A DNA stretch of 64,000 nucleotides from Macrostomum hystrix (lineage: Eukaryota; Animalia; Platyhelminthes): the NCBI GenBank assembly GCA_950097015.1, contig CATNEN010000002.1, positions 8,370,001-8,434,000 on the forward strand, read 5' to 3'. The position numbers and the translations under genes were made by a program. Positions within the stretch are counted from its first letter, which is position 1. Each line of letters starts with the position of its first letter. This document shows positions 12,101-22,400 of this stretch, in pieces. Below the pieces are notes generated by a model. That model did no database searches. It had not been told where the DNA came from and worked only from the letters and a program-made list of their open reading frames with translations.

Positions 12101-14306
12101 GTGGGATCAGGGGAAGGGACATAGTGGGATCAGGGAAGGGACAGTGGGATCAGGGGAAGGGACAGTGGGATCAGGGGAAGGGACATAGTGGGATCAGGGG
12201 AAGGGACATAGTGGGATCAGGGGAAGGGACATAGTGGGATCAGGGGAAGGGACGAAATGAGATCACAGGAAGAGACATTGTAGGACTGGATAGAGAAGCA
12301 TTTTAGGATCAGGGAAGACAGCCAGACAGGAGCATAAATAAATAACAGTGTAAATACCCTAGCCCTTACCTGGCACACCTTCCCTGATCTTCTGAACCCA
12401 GAAGGTGAAATCAGTGTAGCTGATAAATCCCAGCAAGATGAGCCTGTCCTCACAAGTGAGCACAATGGTTGCCATGACAGGGGACTTGTCTGAGTAAGAC
12501 ACTACTGTGTCCAGGCCATAGATAGTTTCTGATGGCACCTGAGCTGACAGATCGATCGACTTCTTATAATCGGCGGCCTCTTTATAAAGGAACAACCTTA
12601 ATGTGGCTGCTGCAATATAGAAAAAATGCAAGGCAATAGACTAAGCACAAAAATGCTAAACTATTGGCTTACTTTCAAACAGATAAAGCCAAGACAATTT
12701 ATTGGCACTCACCACCAAAGGCTGTCCTGGCAATCACACAAAAGCGTTGTTTCCACTAAAAATGAATGACAGATTGTTAATTATAGCTACACATTTATAC
12801 TCAACATAGCCTAATTTATGGCTAGTGGTATCAAAGAGATTGTGCAGTACAGCAATCTTTTAGACAATTATTACCAATTGAAGTGAAGATCACCTTAGGC
12901 CCACTTTAAAAGTTTAATACATCTGCCCTACTTTTTTATTTTCAGGCTGTGTACACTTCACTGTACCTAGAGATTAAGGGCAAAAATTACTTGACAAAAC
13001 CCCAAGCCATCTTTCCACAGCTACACCCCAAATAAATGTGGCCTTGCCACAGAATTGAGCTCAGGAACCTTCATGCCAGGGACAAACACATTAACTGCTT
13101 TGCCACTGACCCGGAAGACACTAACTTAGTGTCCATTATTACTGCCATACACAGTATTAAAAAACTATAGGTTGCAAACTTACAAAGTGGTGTGTGGGGC
13201 ACACTCAATCAGTTTTTAGGATACACAATAATTTTCTGTTTGGCCCATAGGTACCTCTATAACAAAAATCATACCAGATTTCACTGCTTACTTTTCTATT
13301 ATATTTAGCAAGTATCAATACTAGGCCCTAACAATAGTGGTTGACGGTCATTTCGTCTGCTGCCTTTTCGTCTGCCGCCTTTTCGTCTGCCAATATACAA
13401 TATAGTTGTTTCGTCTGCCAATATATAAATTGGAATAACTAACTATGTCATCAAGCTTCACATGGAAGTGTAATGTAAATGTCTTATTAATTATAATTTA
13501 TTATAATGCTAGGATTATAGCTAATATGTTGCATATAAATACACAAAGCCAGAAGCAAATATCTCCAACCGTTTAGTTTCATTCCAACTTTCTTTTTTTT
13601 CGTGTATGTAAACTCGTATGCAATTTATTCACGGTTTCGTAGAAAATGAAGAAAAACAAAATGTATCAATATAAATAAGAAAACATACTTAAAACTTGCT
13701 TATACTAATTTATTTTAATTCCCTACATAAAAAATACTAAATAAGTGAACCAAAATAAACATAAATAAAAAAGTCGTTTTGTCTGCTAAAATTCTTTGGC
13801 AGACGAAAAGGCGGCAGATGAAATGACCGCAGACCACAATAGTAATACCCTAACTAGTGCAGTCTCTTGTAGTTTTTTATTTGTAGCCTAATTTTGGAAC
13901 ATAAACATTATTCCCTAAAATTTACTTAAAAATGATGGCCTTCCTAAAATGGATAATATATTGCTCAACAGTTTTTATTACTTTTAAGCATTATGGCCAA
14001 AACATAATTATTTAAGTGTATACAGTATATGCCTATATGGGAAATTATGTTATAAAAAAGCAAGAACTTTCAATGGTGATTATCTACCAAAATAGCTACT
14101 TCAATTAAAAACCTTCATCCAAACAAATTCCTCAGTCTAGATCTAGATAGCTGCAACAATACAACTATGACAATGAATCATTATGAATGTTAAAATTAAG
14201 TTAGCTAGACATAGAATAATTTGTGCAATGTTATACATACCTTTTTGCAACTTAATACCTTTATCTTTCCAGAAACAATAACTGAGGCGCAATTAGTATG
14301 TGGCAT
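8344..14306 (-). CDS. DOK7: DOK7-like docking protein (PH + IRS-type PTB + long tyrosine-motif tail), ~746 aa
   Basis: Exons 14241-14306 (MPHTNCASVIVSGKIKVLSCKK), 12713-12755 (WKQRFCVIARTAFG), 12370-12609, 11691-11978, 10500-10598, 9552-10234 and 8344-9165 sum to 2241 nt in one frame. The PH segment (LFLYKE..IYGLD..TIVLTC..ILLGF..W..KIR) and PTB segment (GRLHV..WPLQSVKRY..FVFEG..CG) align best to DOK7 as I recall it. Confidence 0.8.
9552..10234 (-). CDS. DOK7: DOK7-like exon 6, disordered tail
   Basis: Frame of ORF 9540..10088; DSGYEG, YYNML and EYCNLP motifs; donor gtgggt at 9551. Confidence 0.7.
10500..10598 (-). CDS. DOK7: DOK7-like exon 5, end of PTB domain
   Basis: cattgcag|..GMQYFQCDRRHELYADMKAAC..|gtgagt. 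Confidence 0.75.
10875..11625. repeat. 24-bp (GGACAGACAGGTCAGGACAGTGAG) grading into 20-bp (GGACACTAACAGACAGGTCA) minisatellite
   Basis: Direct tandem copies in a DOK7-like intron. Confidence 0.95.
11691..11978 (-). CDS. DOK7: DOK7-like exon 4, PTB domain
   Basis: Acceptor tttcccag, donor gtaag; WPLQSVKRY..FVFEG motif. Confidence 0.85.
12037..12252. repeat. G-rich minisatellite GGGAAGGGACA(TA)GTGGGATCAG(G)
   Basis: About 9 copies. Confidence 0.9.
12370..12609 (-). CDS. DOK7: DOK7-like exon 3, PH domain
   Basis: Acceptor tattgcag, donor gtaag; phase 1 to phase 1. Confidence 0.85.
12713..12755 (-). CDS. DOK7: DOK7-like exon 2, 43 bp (not in ORF track)
   Basis: tttttag|TGG AAA CAA CGC...GGT G|gtgagt; resembles DOK7 WKSRWLVL. 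Confidence 0.8.
13339..13835. mobile_element. MITE / non-autonomous DNA transposon in DOK7-like intron 1
   Basis: TIRs GGTTGACGGTCATTTCGTCTGC.GCCTTTTCGTCTGCC and the inverse GGTCTGCGGTCATTTCATCTGCCGCCTTTTCGTCTGCC; 8-bp TSD ACAATAGT at 13331-13338 and 13836-13843; AT-rich non-coding interior. Confidence 0.85.
14241..14306 (-). CDS. DOK7: DOK7-like exon 1 (not in ORF track)
   Basis: ATG at 14306, ends KK|gtatgt, like DOK7 ..GQVKLRDGKK|. Confidence 0.75.
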
Positions 14307-15901
14307 TTTAGAGCCTTATCTTGAGCTAAAGGTCTAGCTAGGCCTTTACTTTAATTGACAAAACAAAGGTCAATAGCATGTGAGCCCAACACCGAAAAAT
14401 TTCCAATGCTTGCACTTTTCTTGCACTGGGCTGTTCGATGCTAGCATTACTAGAATTTTAGCAACAATAGGCCTAGCTTCAGATATAGACTAATAAAGGA
14501 AATCGAGCATTGCTAATGTACTTAGGTAGCACTAGCATTTGTCCCTTTCTGTGTCTGGTTCGCAACTCCAAACTATAAATCTGTTATTGTTGAGGTACAG
14601 AATTACTAACACATTTAAGTCACAAAGTCTCAAGAATTCCCTTAACAAGTTTTAAGATAAAAAACGTTAAATACCATTAATATTTGTATGACCTATTATT
14701 GAAGTTTTGTGAGATTTTCACACACTTGACTGCAGTTGCAACGTTTGCATAATGTAGTTCTTTCTTGGAACTTCCTGACGGACTAACACTATTCAAAAAG
14801 TGACATTATCTTTAATAAAGGCTTATAAAAAACTTTAATAAAGGCTTATTGAACAATAAATTGTTCAGATTGAACTTTTACAAGTTAAATCTTCGACAGT
14901 CACGTTGGATGCAAAAAATATTTTATCCCTAAAATTCCCTTTCGCGGGTTTGCAGCGCACGTTGCAGCAATCTAGAACTACCACTGGGGATTTCCAAAGC
15001 ACGCACTTGAAACTCAAGAGCATGGGCCATTTTTTGCGCATCTTCTGAAACAAGAATCAAGCCTCCAGTACAAGCCTTCAGCGCTAGTGTATTTCGTGCA
15101 CCCCTAATTCACGAATTTGCACTGCGCCTCAGTGGCGGTGTAATAAAATGAATGTCCTAGCTGGTGAGGTATTTAAAGCTAGCGACTATTAACTATTCAC
15201 CTACCAATCGTTTCAATAGCAGCAGGGAAATCTGGAATTAAATAGCGTTAGAGACTGGTAGCGAGCGAAGTGGAATAGATAATTAAGTGTGTCGCAGTGT
15301 GTCGTCCTCCGGCCCGGCGAAACTCCCAATGAAAAAGAATAACACAGTATGAACGCGAAGACTCGAATAATTTGATTAGGAGTGAGTTAATTGGCTGTGA
15401 CTAAGATTCCAGATACGAATAGGAATTACTTTGAATATCGTTTACTTGACTTAAAAGTTATACTGACAGAATAGATGTTCACACGGAAATAAATTATAGC
15501 GCGCTCACAGTGAGAAGCAAGTCTGGTCTAACAATTTGGATATAACAATTTTTACTTAACTGGCCTACATCCGCGCCCTACTCTTCCCAAGAGGCTCCGG
15601 TTGTCTCTGCTTTCAGCGCTGCCCCGACAGATCCTATCGGTTGGCACTCCTTCTGCCTGACGGCGGAGTCTCCGAAGAGAGCAAGTACTGACTTCGACAA
15701 CAAGCGCCTATCTAGACCACCCTTGTCAGCGGCGCACTCTCAAGACGCGTAGCGCCGAAAGCTACCTAACTGAACAAGCGGAGTGTGGTCGGGCGGGGAG
15801 GGACAAAACAAGTGGACTAGTTGCACGTGCTTCTCACAGTGTGAGGCGAATTGCGAAGAAAAGATAATTTGGACTACAAAAACACGCTTCGTTATATAGA
15901 G

Positions 15902-16281
15902 TCATTTTAACCCCAAATTAGGTCGATCGGCGAGGTGGATGCCTGGCTGTAGCTTGAGCCAAGGCGACAAATCGCAGTAGACTTGCGACCGCCGTTCTGA
16001 GCCCCGGGGTAGCTTCTTGCCGAGGGTAGACAGGTAGTGAGGCCAGGTCGCTCGCTGATTGGCCGGGACCGTAGCCCAGGGGTAGCGCTCGCCGGGTGGT
16101 GGGCGTCCGTTCCCCCAGCTGGTCCGGCCCGGCTTGGCGTGGGTGAACTCTTAGCAAAAACACGTCTAAAAATAAGTACTGAATAATAACACGGGCAAAC
16201 AAGCTGCAGACACTACAGCGGCCTTGCCAGGCCTTTAAAATTTATCAGCATGTCACCTGAATTTGCCTGCATCATCTCCAT
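15902..16281 (-). CDS. Candidate small two-exon ORF (~90 aa), unknown product
   Basis: 16257-16281 (MEMMQANS, phase-1 gtgaca donor) plus GC-rich 15902-16149 (EFTHAKPGRTSWGNGRPPPGERYPW..NLGLK*); splice sites are weak. Confidence 0.3.
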
Positions 16282-16893
16282 CTTCGGTGGTCATCTATCT
16301 TTATTTAGACGGACTGCTGGACCTTCAAGGACTACACAGGTGGAACTAGGCCACTTTCATGGACACCCTGACGTGTATTTTTCCAATTTCATCGGCCAAG
16401 CCTCTAAATGTTATGCGAAGCTCGACCACAGGACACCCTCGCCTAGTCTGTCAACCAACCAGTCACCACCTAAACGCCGTTAGCATTCGGGCGCTGCCTA
16501 AAAAATTTCAGCAAAAACCCCACTTGGTAAAACGGGCGGCAAAATGGCTTGGTAGTCCAACTGTTAAAGTGCTTTTAGTAATATTACTCTTGATAATTCT
16601 GAAATTTTTCGTCTCGTCTGGTCTCGTCTCGTCGCGAATTTTCCGAAAACTTGCAGAAGACCAATATTTTTTCTCGGCATTGGAAGCCCGATATTATTTT
16701 AACGTAATGAATTTGCGTACGTAAGTCATAAATAATTTTGCCTACGAAGTTATATTTAAAGAATAAGTAGTAACAATTATTCGTTATAGGAACGGCCAAG
16801 CACTTTTTTAACATGTTTAAATAGAATCAATCTACTTTAGTGTTCGACAGTAAAATAAATTCATTCCACGGCAACATCACAGCAAACAATGAT

Positions 16894-18042
16894 TTATTGA
16901 TTCCTTTCTTTTCGCCTAAAATGCAGTATGCAACACCGAATTGAAGTTATCGTCAGAGCGCACAACGAGAGTACAATCGCTACAGGAATAATAATATGCG
17001 CAATGTCCTGAGGTTGTGGGGTTTGCGTGCTGACCACCTCAGTGCAGTTGGTTCCGGTGTAGCCAGATAGACACTTGCAATTGTAAGTCAGAGTTTCCTG
17101 GCGTTCCGGATCGCCAGATATGATGCACTGGCCTCCGTTCTGACAGGGCCGAGATCCACAGGGGTCAGTGCTCTGGCAGAGTTTTCCGAGAAACCCAGAA
17201 GCGCAGTAACAATAGAAGCTATCCAAGCCTGGTCGGTCGGAGCATACGCCTCCGTTGAGGCAAGGCGGCCCAGCATCGAGATTTTTGCAGGTGTCCCACT
17301 CTTTTTGACAAACTCTTCCCTCGTATCCTCGAGTACAGTTGCACCGATCAAACAGGTCCCATTGCGGAAAAATGCACGTGCCATTTCTTCGGCACGGACA
17401 ATCCTGCTGCCGACATCCGGGACCAGTGTTCGGCAAGTCCCTCACATCGATGGGCTTCACAAATTCCGTTTTATTCAGAAGCTCGGATTCGGCATGCAAC
17501 GGTATTTTGACGACTTGGTTCAGACTCGCATTAGCAATGCAGCCTCGATAATTAAGGCCGATACTAAACTTCGTATTTCTATTCCACGGAAATCGGGCAG
17601 TGAAGTTGCTTGGCAATCGCTCGACGAATTGACCGTCCACGACGAGCTGCCCACCGGCCTCAGTCTGCAGTTTCAGGTGATGCCACTCTCCGTCGTTGAT
17701 AATGGGTTCCTTCGTGTATATAGCTTTTTTTATTGTCTCATTGTTCACCGTCCAACTCAAAGTAAGACTAAGCGTCGCATTCGACCCCGAAAAGTCAATT
17801 TCAATTTCATCGTAATTATCGTTCTCCAGAAAAGCCAGAGCATACGTGGTGCGGTATGAGGTGCGAAACTCAATCTCGAATTCCTTCAAAAACTGCTCCG
17901 ACGCGTTCGGCGCTCGCACCAGTTCGTACCTTGCGAAGTTTGTAGATTTGAAAGTGGCCACCTCTGCTTGGACTGCCACCGCCGCTAGAATGAGCATCTG
18001 CAGCAGTGGCATGAACCCGCTGATGTCAACTTGGCTTGCCAT
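16894..18042 (-). CDS. Intronless type I membrane protein: signal peptide, laminin-G domain, three EGF-like repeats, TM helix, 7-aa basic tail
   Basis: Signal-like MPLLQMLILAAVAVQA; LamG motifs (IEFRT..LAFLE..INDGEWHHLKL..LVVDG..YRGCI); three 6-Cys EGF repeats (PPCLNGGVC..CYCASGFLGKLC, PCQNGGQC..CKCLSGYTGTNC); TM IAHIIIPVAIVLSLCALTITSI. First ATG at 18042, alternative at 18012. Confidence 0.88.
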   Translation of the reverse strand: MASQVDISGFMPLLQMLILAAVAVQAEVATFKSTNFARYELVRAPNASEQFLKEFEIEFRTSYRTTYALAFLENDNYDEIEIDFSGSNATLSLTLSWTVNNETIKKAIYTKEPIINDGEWHHLKLQTEAGGQLVVDGQFVERLPSNFTARFPWNRNTKFSIGLNYRGCIANASLNQVVKIPLHAESELLNKTEFVKPIDVRDLPNTGPGCRQQDCPCRRNGTCIFPQWDLFDRCNCTRGYEGRVCQKEWDTCKNLDAGPPCLNGGVCSDRPGLDSFYCYCASGFLGKLCQSTDPCGSRPCQNGGQCIISGDPERQETLTYNCKCLSGYTGTNCTEVVSTQTPQPQDIAHIIIPVAIVLSLCALTITSIRCCILHFRRKERNQ

Positions 18043-18165
18043 AGCGCACTCGCTTGCAAATTCTCGCACCGCTACGATTTCAGAGCCGAGTAGGACACAA
18101 GTTAGGTAGTGGTATTCATGCAGTATAGCCTTTCAACGGTTGGACCAAAAGCCCTTGTCGTCTCA

Positions 18166-18172
18166 CTTTATA
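18166..18172 (-). promoter_or_regulatory. Possible TATA box of the LamG-EGF gene
   Basis: TATAAAG on the minus strand about 125 bp upstream of the ATG; motif only. Confidence 0.25.
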
Positions 18173-19375
18173 TTTAAGGTCGGTGATTTCTGTGATAAGA
18201 GGCAGGCCGATATTGAGTTGAAATCCTGGCGTTCTATATTAGGTATGGCTTAATCTCACCAATATGTGTCGTGCTATCTCATGTATAACTTTTGCGAGTT
18301 CAAAAACGCTTGCGAACACTAAGCTTTATATTTTGGGGCGCATGACTGGAATTCTGGTTAAAGCAGACACTGCGAACTTTGCAAAGCCCTTTTATTCAGC
18401 TTATCATGTTTGGAAAGAGCACTTAAAATATTTATTTGAGATATGACATCAGCTAATTAGAGCAGAGTTCAGTGCCGACTAGTGGACTTTAGGATTATTA
18501 TTTTATTTTATTATTGTCCAATGCGCACGGCAATATTCGGAGCAGACAAGTAGTCAGTTTAGCCGATTACTGATCTATGAATTTTAAAGTTTAAAATAAA
18601 TTAGAGTGGACTATTTGAACGAATTTTTTATTTCAGTTGGCGTGGAATTTTAAGGAGAACTTTCGGAAAGCTTATTGTGTGCAGCTTATGGCTCGCGGCC
18701 TGCAGGGTGCACTGCAAGCCGCCCGAGTAGAATATACGTGCTGGCGTGGCGTGATTGGCTGGTGGGTGCGCCCACCCCAGTGTTGCTGCCAAATATAACT
18801 GCTTGCGAGCCAATATGCCTCTGCACGTGCTATGTGCGTGCTACTTAAAAAACCCGCGTCTTACAGGGGTTTGCCTGAAAGACGATTTAATGGTGAAAAA
18901 ATATTTTGCTTTTGTGAATAAATGAGGTTAACTGAATACAATGCAATATTGGGACGAAGATTGAGATTGAGGAGAGAAGATTGACGGAATAATATTGTGC
19001 TGATATATGTCGCTTTGTTTCGATCTTTCATTAAGTACATTCTGTATATCCATCAAGGACCTTAAATACTGAAGGTTGTAATAAAATACGTGACTGATTT
19101 GTTTATCGTTTGATTAATGCTTAATTATCTAGATCGATTGAGACACGCAAGAGCTCCTCTGCACACGCGCTCGCGTAACAGACTGTAGGGGCTGTATAGG
19201 CGCGAATCTGGGGGCTGAGACCCTGCGCCTGCAAGGCAGCCACAATGCTGTCAGACAGCGTCGCAGCTCGCCCTTGGCCTCTGCGCTTCCGCTCCGTCGG
19301 CTGGTGCAGCAGGACCAGGGCCAAAAGGACTTGGTCGCCGCGGCCATGACTTTGCAGGCTCAGCAGCATTTTTTC

Positions 19376-19545
19376 GGCGCCGGCGCAGGGTGACACTCAG
19401 GTCTGGAACGGCGGCGCAGGGTGACACTCAGGTCTGGAACGGCGGCGCAGGGTGACACTCAGGTCTGGAACGCCGGCGAAGGGTGACACTCAGGTCTGGA
19501 ACGCCGGCGCAGGGTGACACTCATGTCTGGAACGTCGGCGCGGGC
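19376..19545. repeat. 31-bp tandem repeat CGGCGCAGGGTGACACTCAGGTCTGGAACGG
   Basis: About 5 copies. Confidence 0.9.
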
Positions 19546-19687
19546 CATCAGGTCTCTGGACGGCAACCTCTCGGGGTAGTGCACGCTTAAGGCGTTGCGC
19601 AGCAGGGACCTGTAGAGCGTGTCAAGGGCTCGCTTTAATTAAAGTTCATTTCAGGTTTGATTTCATTTTTGTGTGCAGCTTATGCAA

Positions 19688-19810
19688 TTAACAGCTGGGG
19701 GAACTGTAGCAATGCAGTTGAAAGTCTTGCTAAAGGACACAAATTGTTCCAGTGGAGTCGGGAATCGAACCCCCGACCTCAAGTCATGAGTCCGATAGTG
19801 CACGTTTAAC
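19688..19810 (-). mobile_element. SINE family B, truncated (head + CORE)
   Basis: GGTCGGGGGTTCGATTCCCGACTCCACTGGAACAATTTGTGTCCTTTAGCAAGAC on the minus strand. Confidence 0.8.
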
Positions 19811-20056
19811 CTTAAGTAAGTAAGAGGAATATGCAGACTTTGACTGCAAGAATTGTTGTGTGATGAGCGATTTTGTCTAAGTTCAAAGCATGCTGAGCAG
19901 ATGTACTCAAGCTACGAATATTTTTCTCAGAAATTGAGCTCCTTTCTTTATTCATCAAGCCGGCGATCATTAGCTTAGAACCGTAAAAACTACCGTAAAA
20001 ACAACAACAAAACAAACAACAAGGAAAAATCGCGAACGCAACAATCAGGGCCAGCG

Positions 20057-20632
20057 TCAGATGGCGCACCGAAGAGCCAGCAACCGAACAAAATCCGGCC
20101 CGTTGGCGGTGTCGGGCGCCCGGCGCTCAAAATTCAGTCCGCGTATATACGAGTCCTCGCTGAGCCCCGCCTGAACGGTCCCTGCAGAGTCAGCAGCAAG
20201 GCGTCCTGAACAGGTTGGGGGCTGTAGCTCTTGGCCTGGATCACATGGCCCGCCACTTGCAGTCGCCGTTGGCGCAGGATTTTGGATGGGCGTTGCAGCT
20301 GCGCCATCTCGTTCAGGGCCTCGGTCCGACGCATCGCTCGGCCGCTCCAGCGTGGCTGTCAGCGTCCACGTCTCAGCGTTTTTCAGCAGGAAAATCTCGA
20401 CCACCGCCTACCACGGTCTCGAGCCCTCTGGCGTTCGGGCAGCGAACTTCCGACAGCGCGCAAGCGTGGTCGTCTGCTAGTCTGTGGCTCTGCACGGCAG
20501 AGACGCTGGAATGTCGGCTGACATGGTCAGCACCTCTGTCTTCAGCATGTTGACGACTAGGCCGACGCTTGACGCCACCTCGACTAGCCTGTCAATCTGG
20601 CGCTGGGAGCCTTCAACTGATGACGACGGGAG
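20057..20632 (-). mobile_element. Decayed 3' fragment of an RTE-like LINE reverse transcriptase
   Basis: QRQIDRLVEVASSVGLVVNMLKTEVL, LLKNAETWTLTATLE and ILRQRRLQVAGHV..GPFRRG across frameshifts. Confidence 0.8.
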
Positions 20633-20659
20633 GTGTGTGTGTGTGTGTGTTGTCCCGGA

Positions 20660-22400
20660 TCCCTCGCTAGGCATACGGGGGGTGCGCCGGCGCACCCGAC
20701 GCCTCAATGGCGGTGGAAGCAGCGCGGAGGTGTTTCATCAACTTCAGACGCGCAAACTGGGACCTGTTCACCAGCACTCCGGAAAATCTATCGAGGACAC
20801 CTTCAGCAACATATCCGCCCACGTTAGAGAATTAGCCCTGCTCCAGCTGGCCCTTAAAGCCTTCAAGGTTGCCATATCGGAGGGCCGTTTCAAACAGCAA
20901 TTTTCTAGTCCCTGCCCGATAGAAATTCGTAATGGGATTGAGGAACAAGACCGTCTTCGGGCTCAGGATGCCTCCAACCCGCGTATCGCAGCGCTGCAGG
21001 CTGAGATTAACATCGGTCGTGAGAACGAGAGGCGGGAGCGCTGGAATGAGTTCCTGGACAGCAACGGACAGCAATCAGCCCCGACAAACAAACTCTGGGC
21101 CATTATCAAGTCGCTGGGCGGTCACACTAGAGCCGCCAAAAACATCAGCATCAAATTCCAATCCAAAGCGGCCTCCTGCGAACGCTCGGCAGCGAACCCA
21201 CTATACTGTCAGTTCACCCGACCTCGTGCCCACTGCTCCAACCGCCGGATGCGGGTGGTGCGGCAAAATCTTGCTAAGCTGACTCGTGACAGCTCCGCGG
21301 TTCCTTTTAGCTTACCCGACATCGAGCGCGCCATCAAACTCTCCAGACCCGCTAATGCCATCGGACCAGACGGTCTTAGTCCGCTGGTCGTCAAACACTT
21401 CGGTCCGAAGGCCCGACTTGCGCTGCTCATTATCATCAACCGCTTTATCCAGCGTAATGAGATCCCGGCGGAAGAAGTCAATCATCTGCCCCCTCCAGAA
21501 GGACGGCAAACCTCAGGACAAAATTGCCGAAAAATGCTGCTTGGCACACTGCTCGAACACCTGAAGCTACCCCCATGGCAGCACGGCTTCAGGCCGAACC
21601 ACTCGACTGTCACAGTCCTCTGCCTCCTGGTCGAACAGATCTGCTCGGGTTTTTGCCACAGTAAGCAAAACCGCTTACTCCTGGCAGAACAGGGGTCACT
21701 GCCATTGACTTGCGTATGGCTTTTGACACGGTTGACCATTGCTTTCTGATCGACGACATTAGCGAGTCAAGCCTTCCTAACATCTTCAAAGCCTGGGTCG
21801 CTTACTAAATTCTGGGCAGCTCCATCAGCCCAATTCATTTCGCATTCTATCTCAAGGACGCCCCGGTCTCCTCGGACCCGGATACCACTCTGATTGGCTA
21901 TGCCGACGACCTGACTTGCCGCTTTCTCGTCCCCTAGCTGTTTCGACATCAAGAACCGGCACCATCAACACCAGCACAGATCCAGCACAGATCCAGCACG
22001 ATCCAGCACAGATCCAGCACAGATCCAGCACAGATCCAGCACAGATCCAGCACAGATCCAGCACAGATCCAGCACGATCGAGCACAGATCCAGCACAGAT
22101 CGAGCACGATCGAGCACAGATCCAGTACAGATCCAGCACGATCCAGCACAGATCCAGCACAGATCCAGCACAGATCCAGCTCAGATCCAGCTCAGACTGC
22201 AGACGATGGAGGAGCAGTCGGTTGCTGGGGCCGAGCGCCTTGCCGCCGGGTGTCCTTTAGTGTCCTCCGAACACCCAGCAGCACAACGCCCTCTATGGAA
22301 ACTGGTCTGGTGCACAAATCCTCTTCACCTGGCAACTGCGTGTCCGCCGGCAGTGCGAATGAAGGGGGGGCAGCGGCGACGCGGGTGTGTTCACGATTAC
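20660..22400 (+). mobile_element. Decayed I/Jockey-group LINE reverse transcriptase fragment
   Basis: WNEFL..KLWAIIKSL, FSLPDIERAIK..AIGPDGL, QHGFRPNHST, and the GYADDL motif (TAT GCC GAC GAC at 21899-21910); stops, deletions and an inserted 11-bp minisatellite. Confidence 0.8.
21974..22197. repeat. 11-bp minisatellite GATCCAGCACA inside the LINE fragment
   Basis: About 20 copies. Confidence 0.92.

Noticed and set aside
14865-15053. ORF KMRKKWPMLL.. as the DOK7 N-terminus
   Set aside because: Exons 14241-14306 and 12713-12755 fit sequence and phase far better; this region may be UTR.
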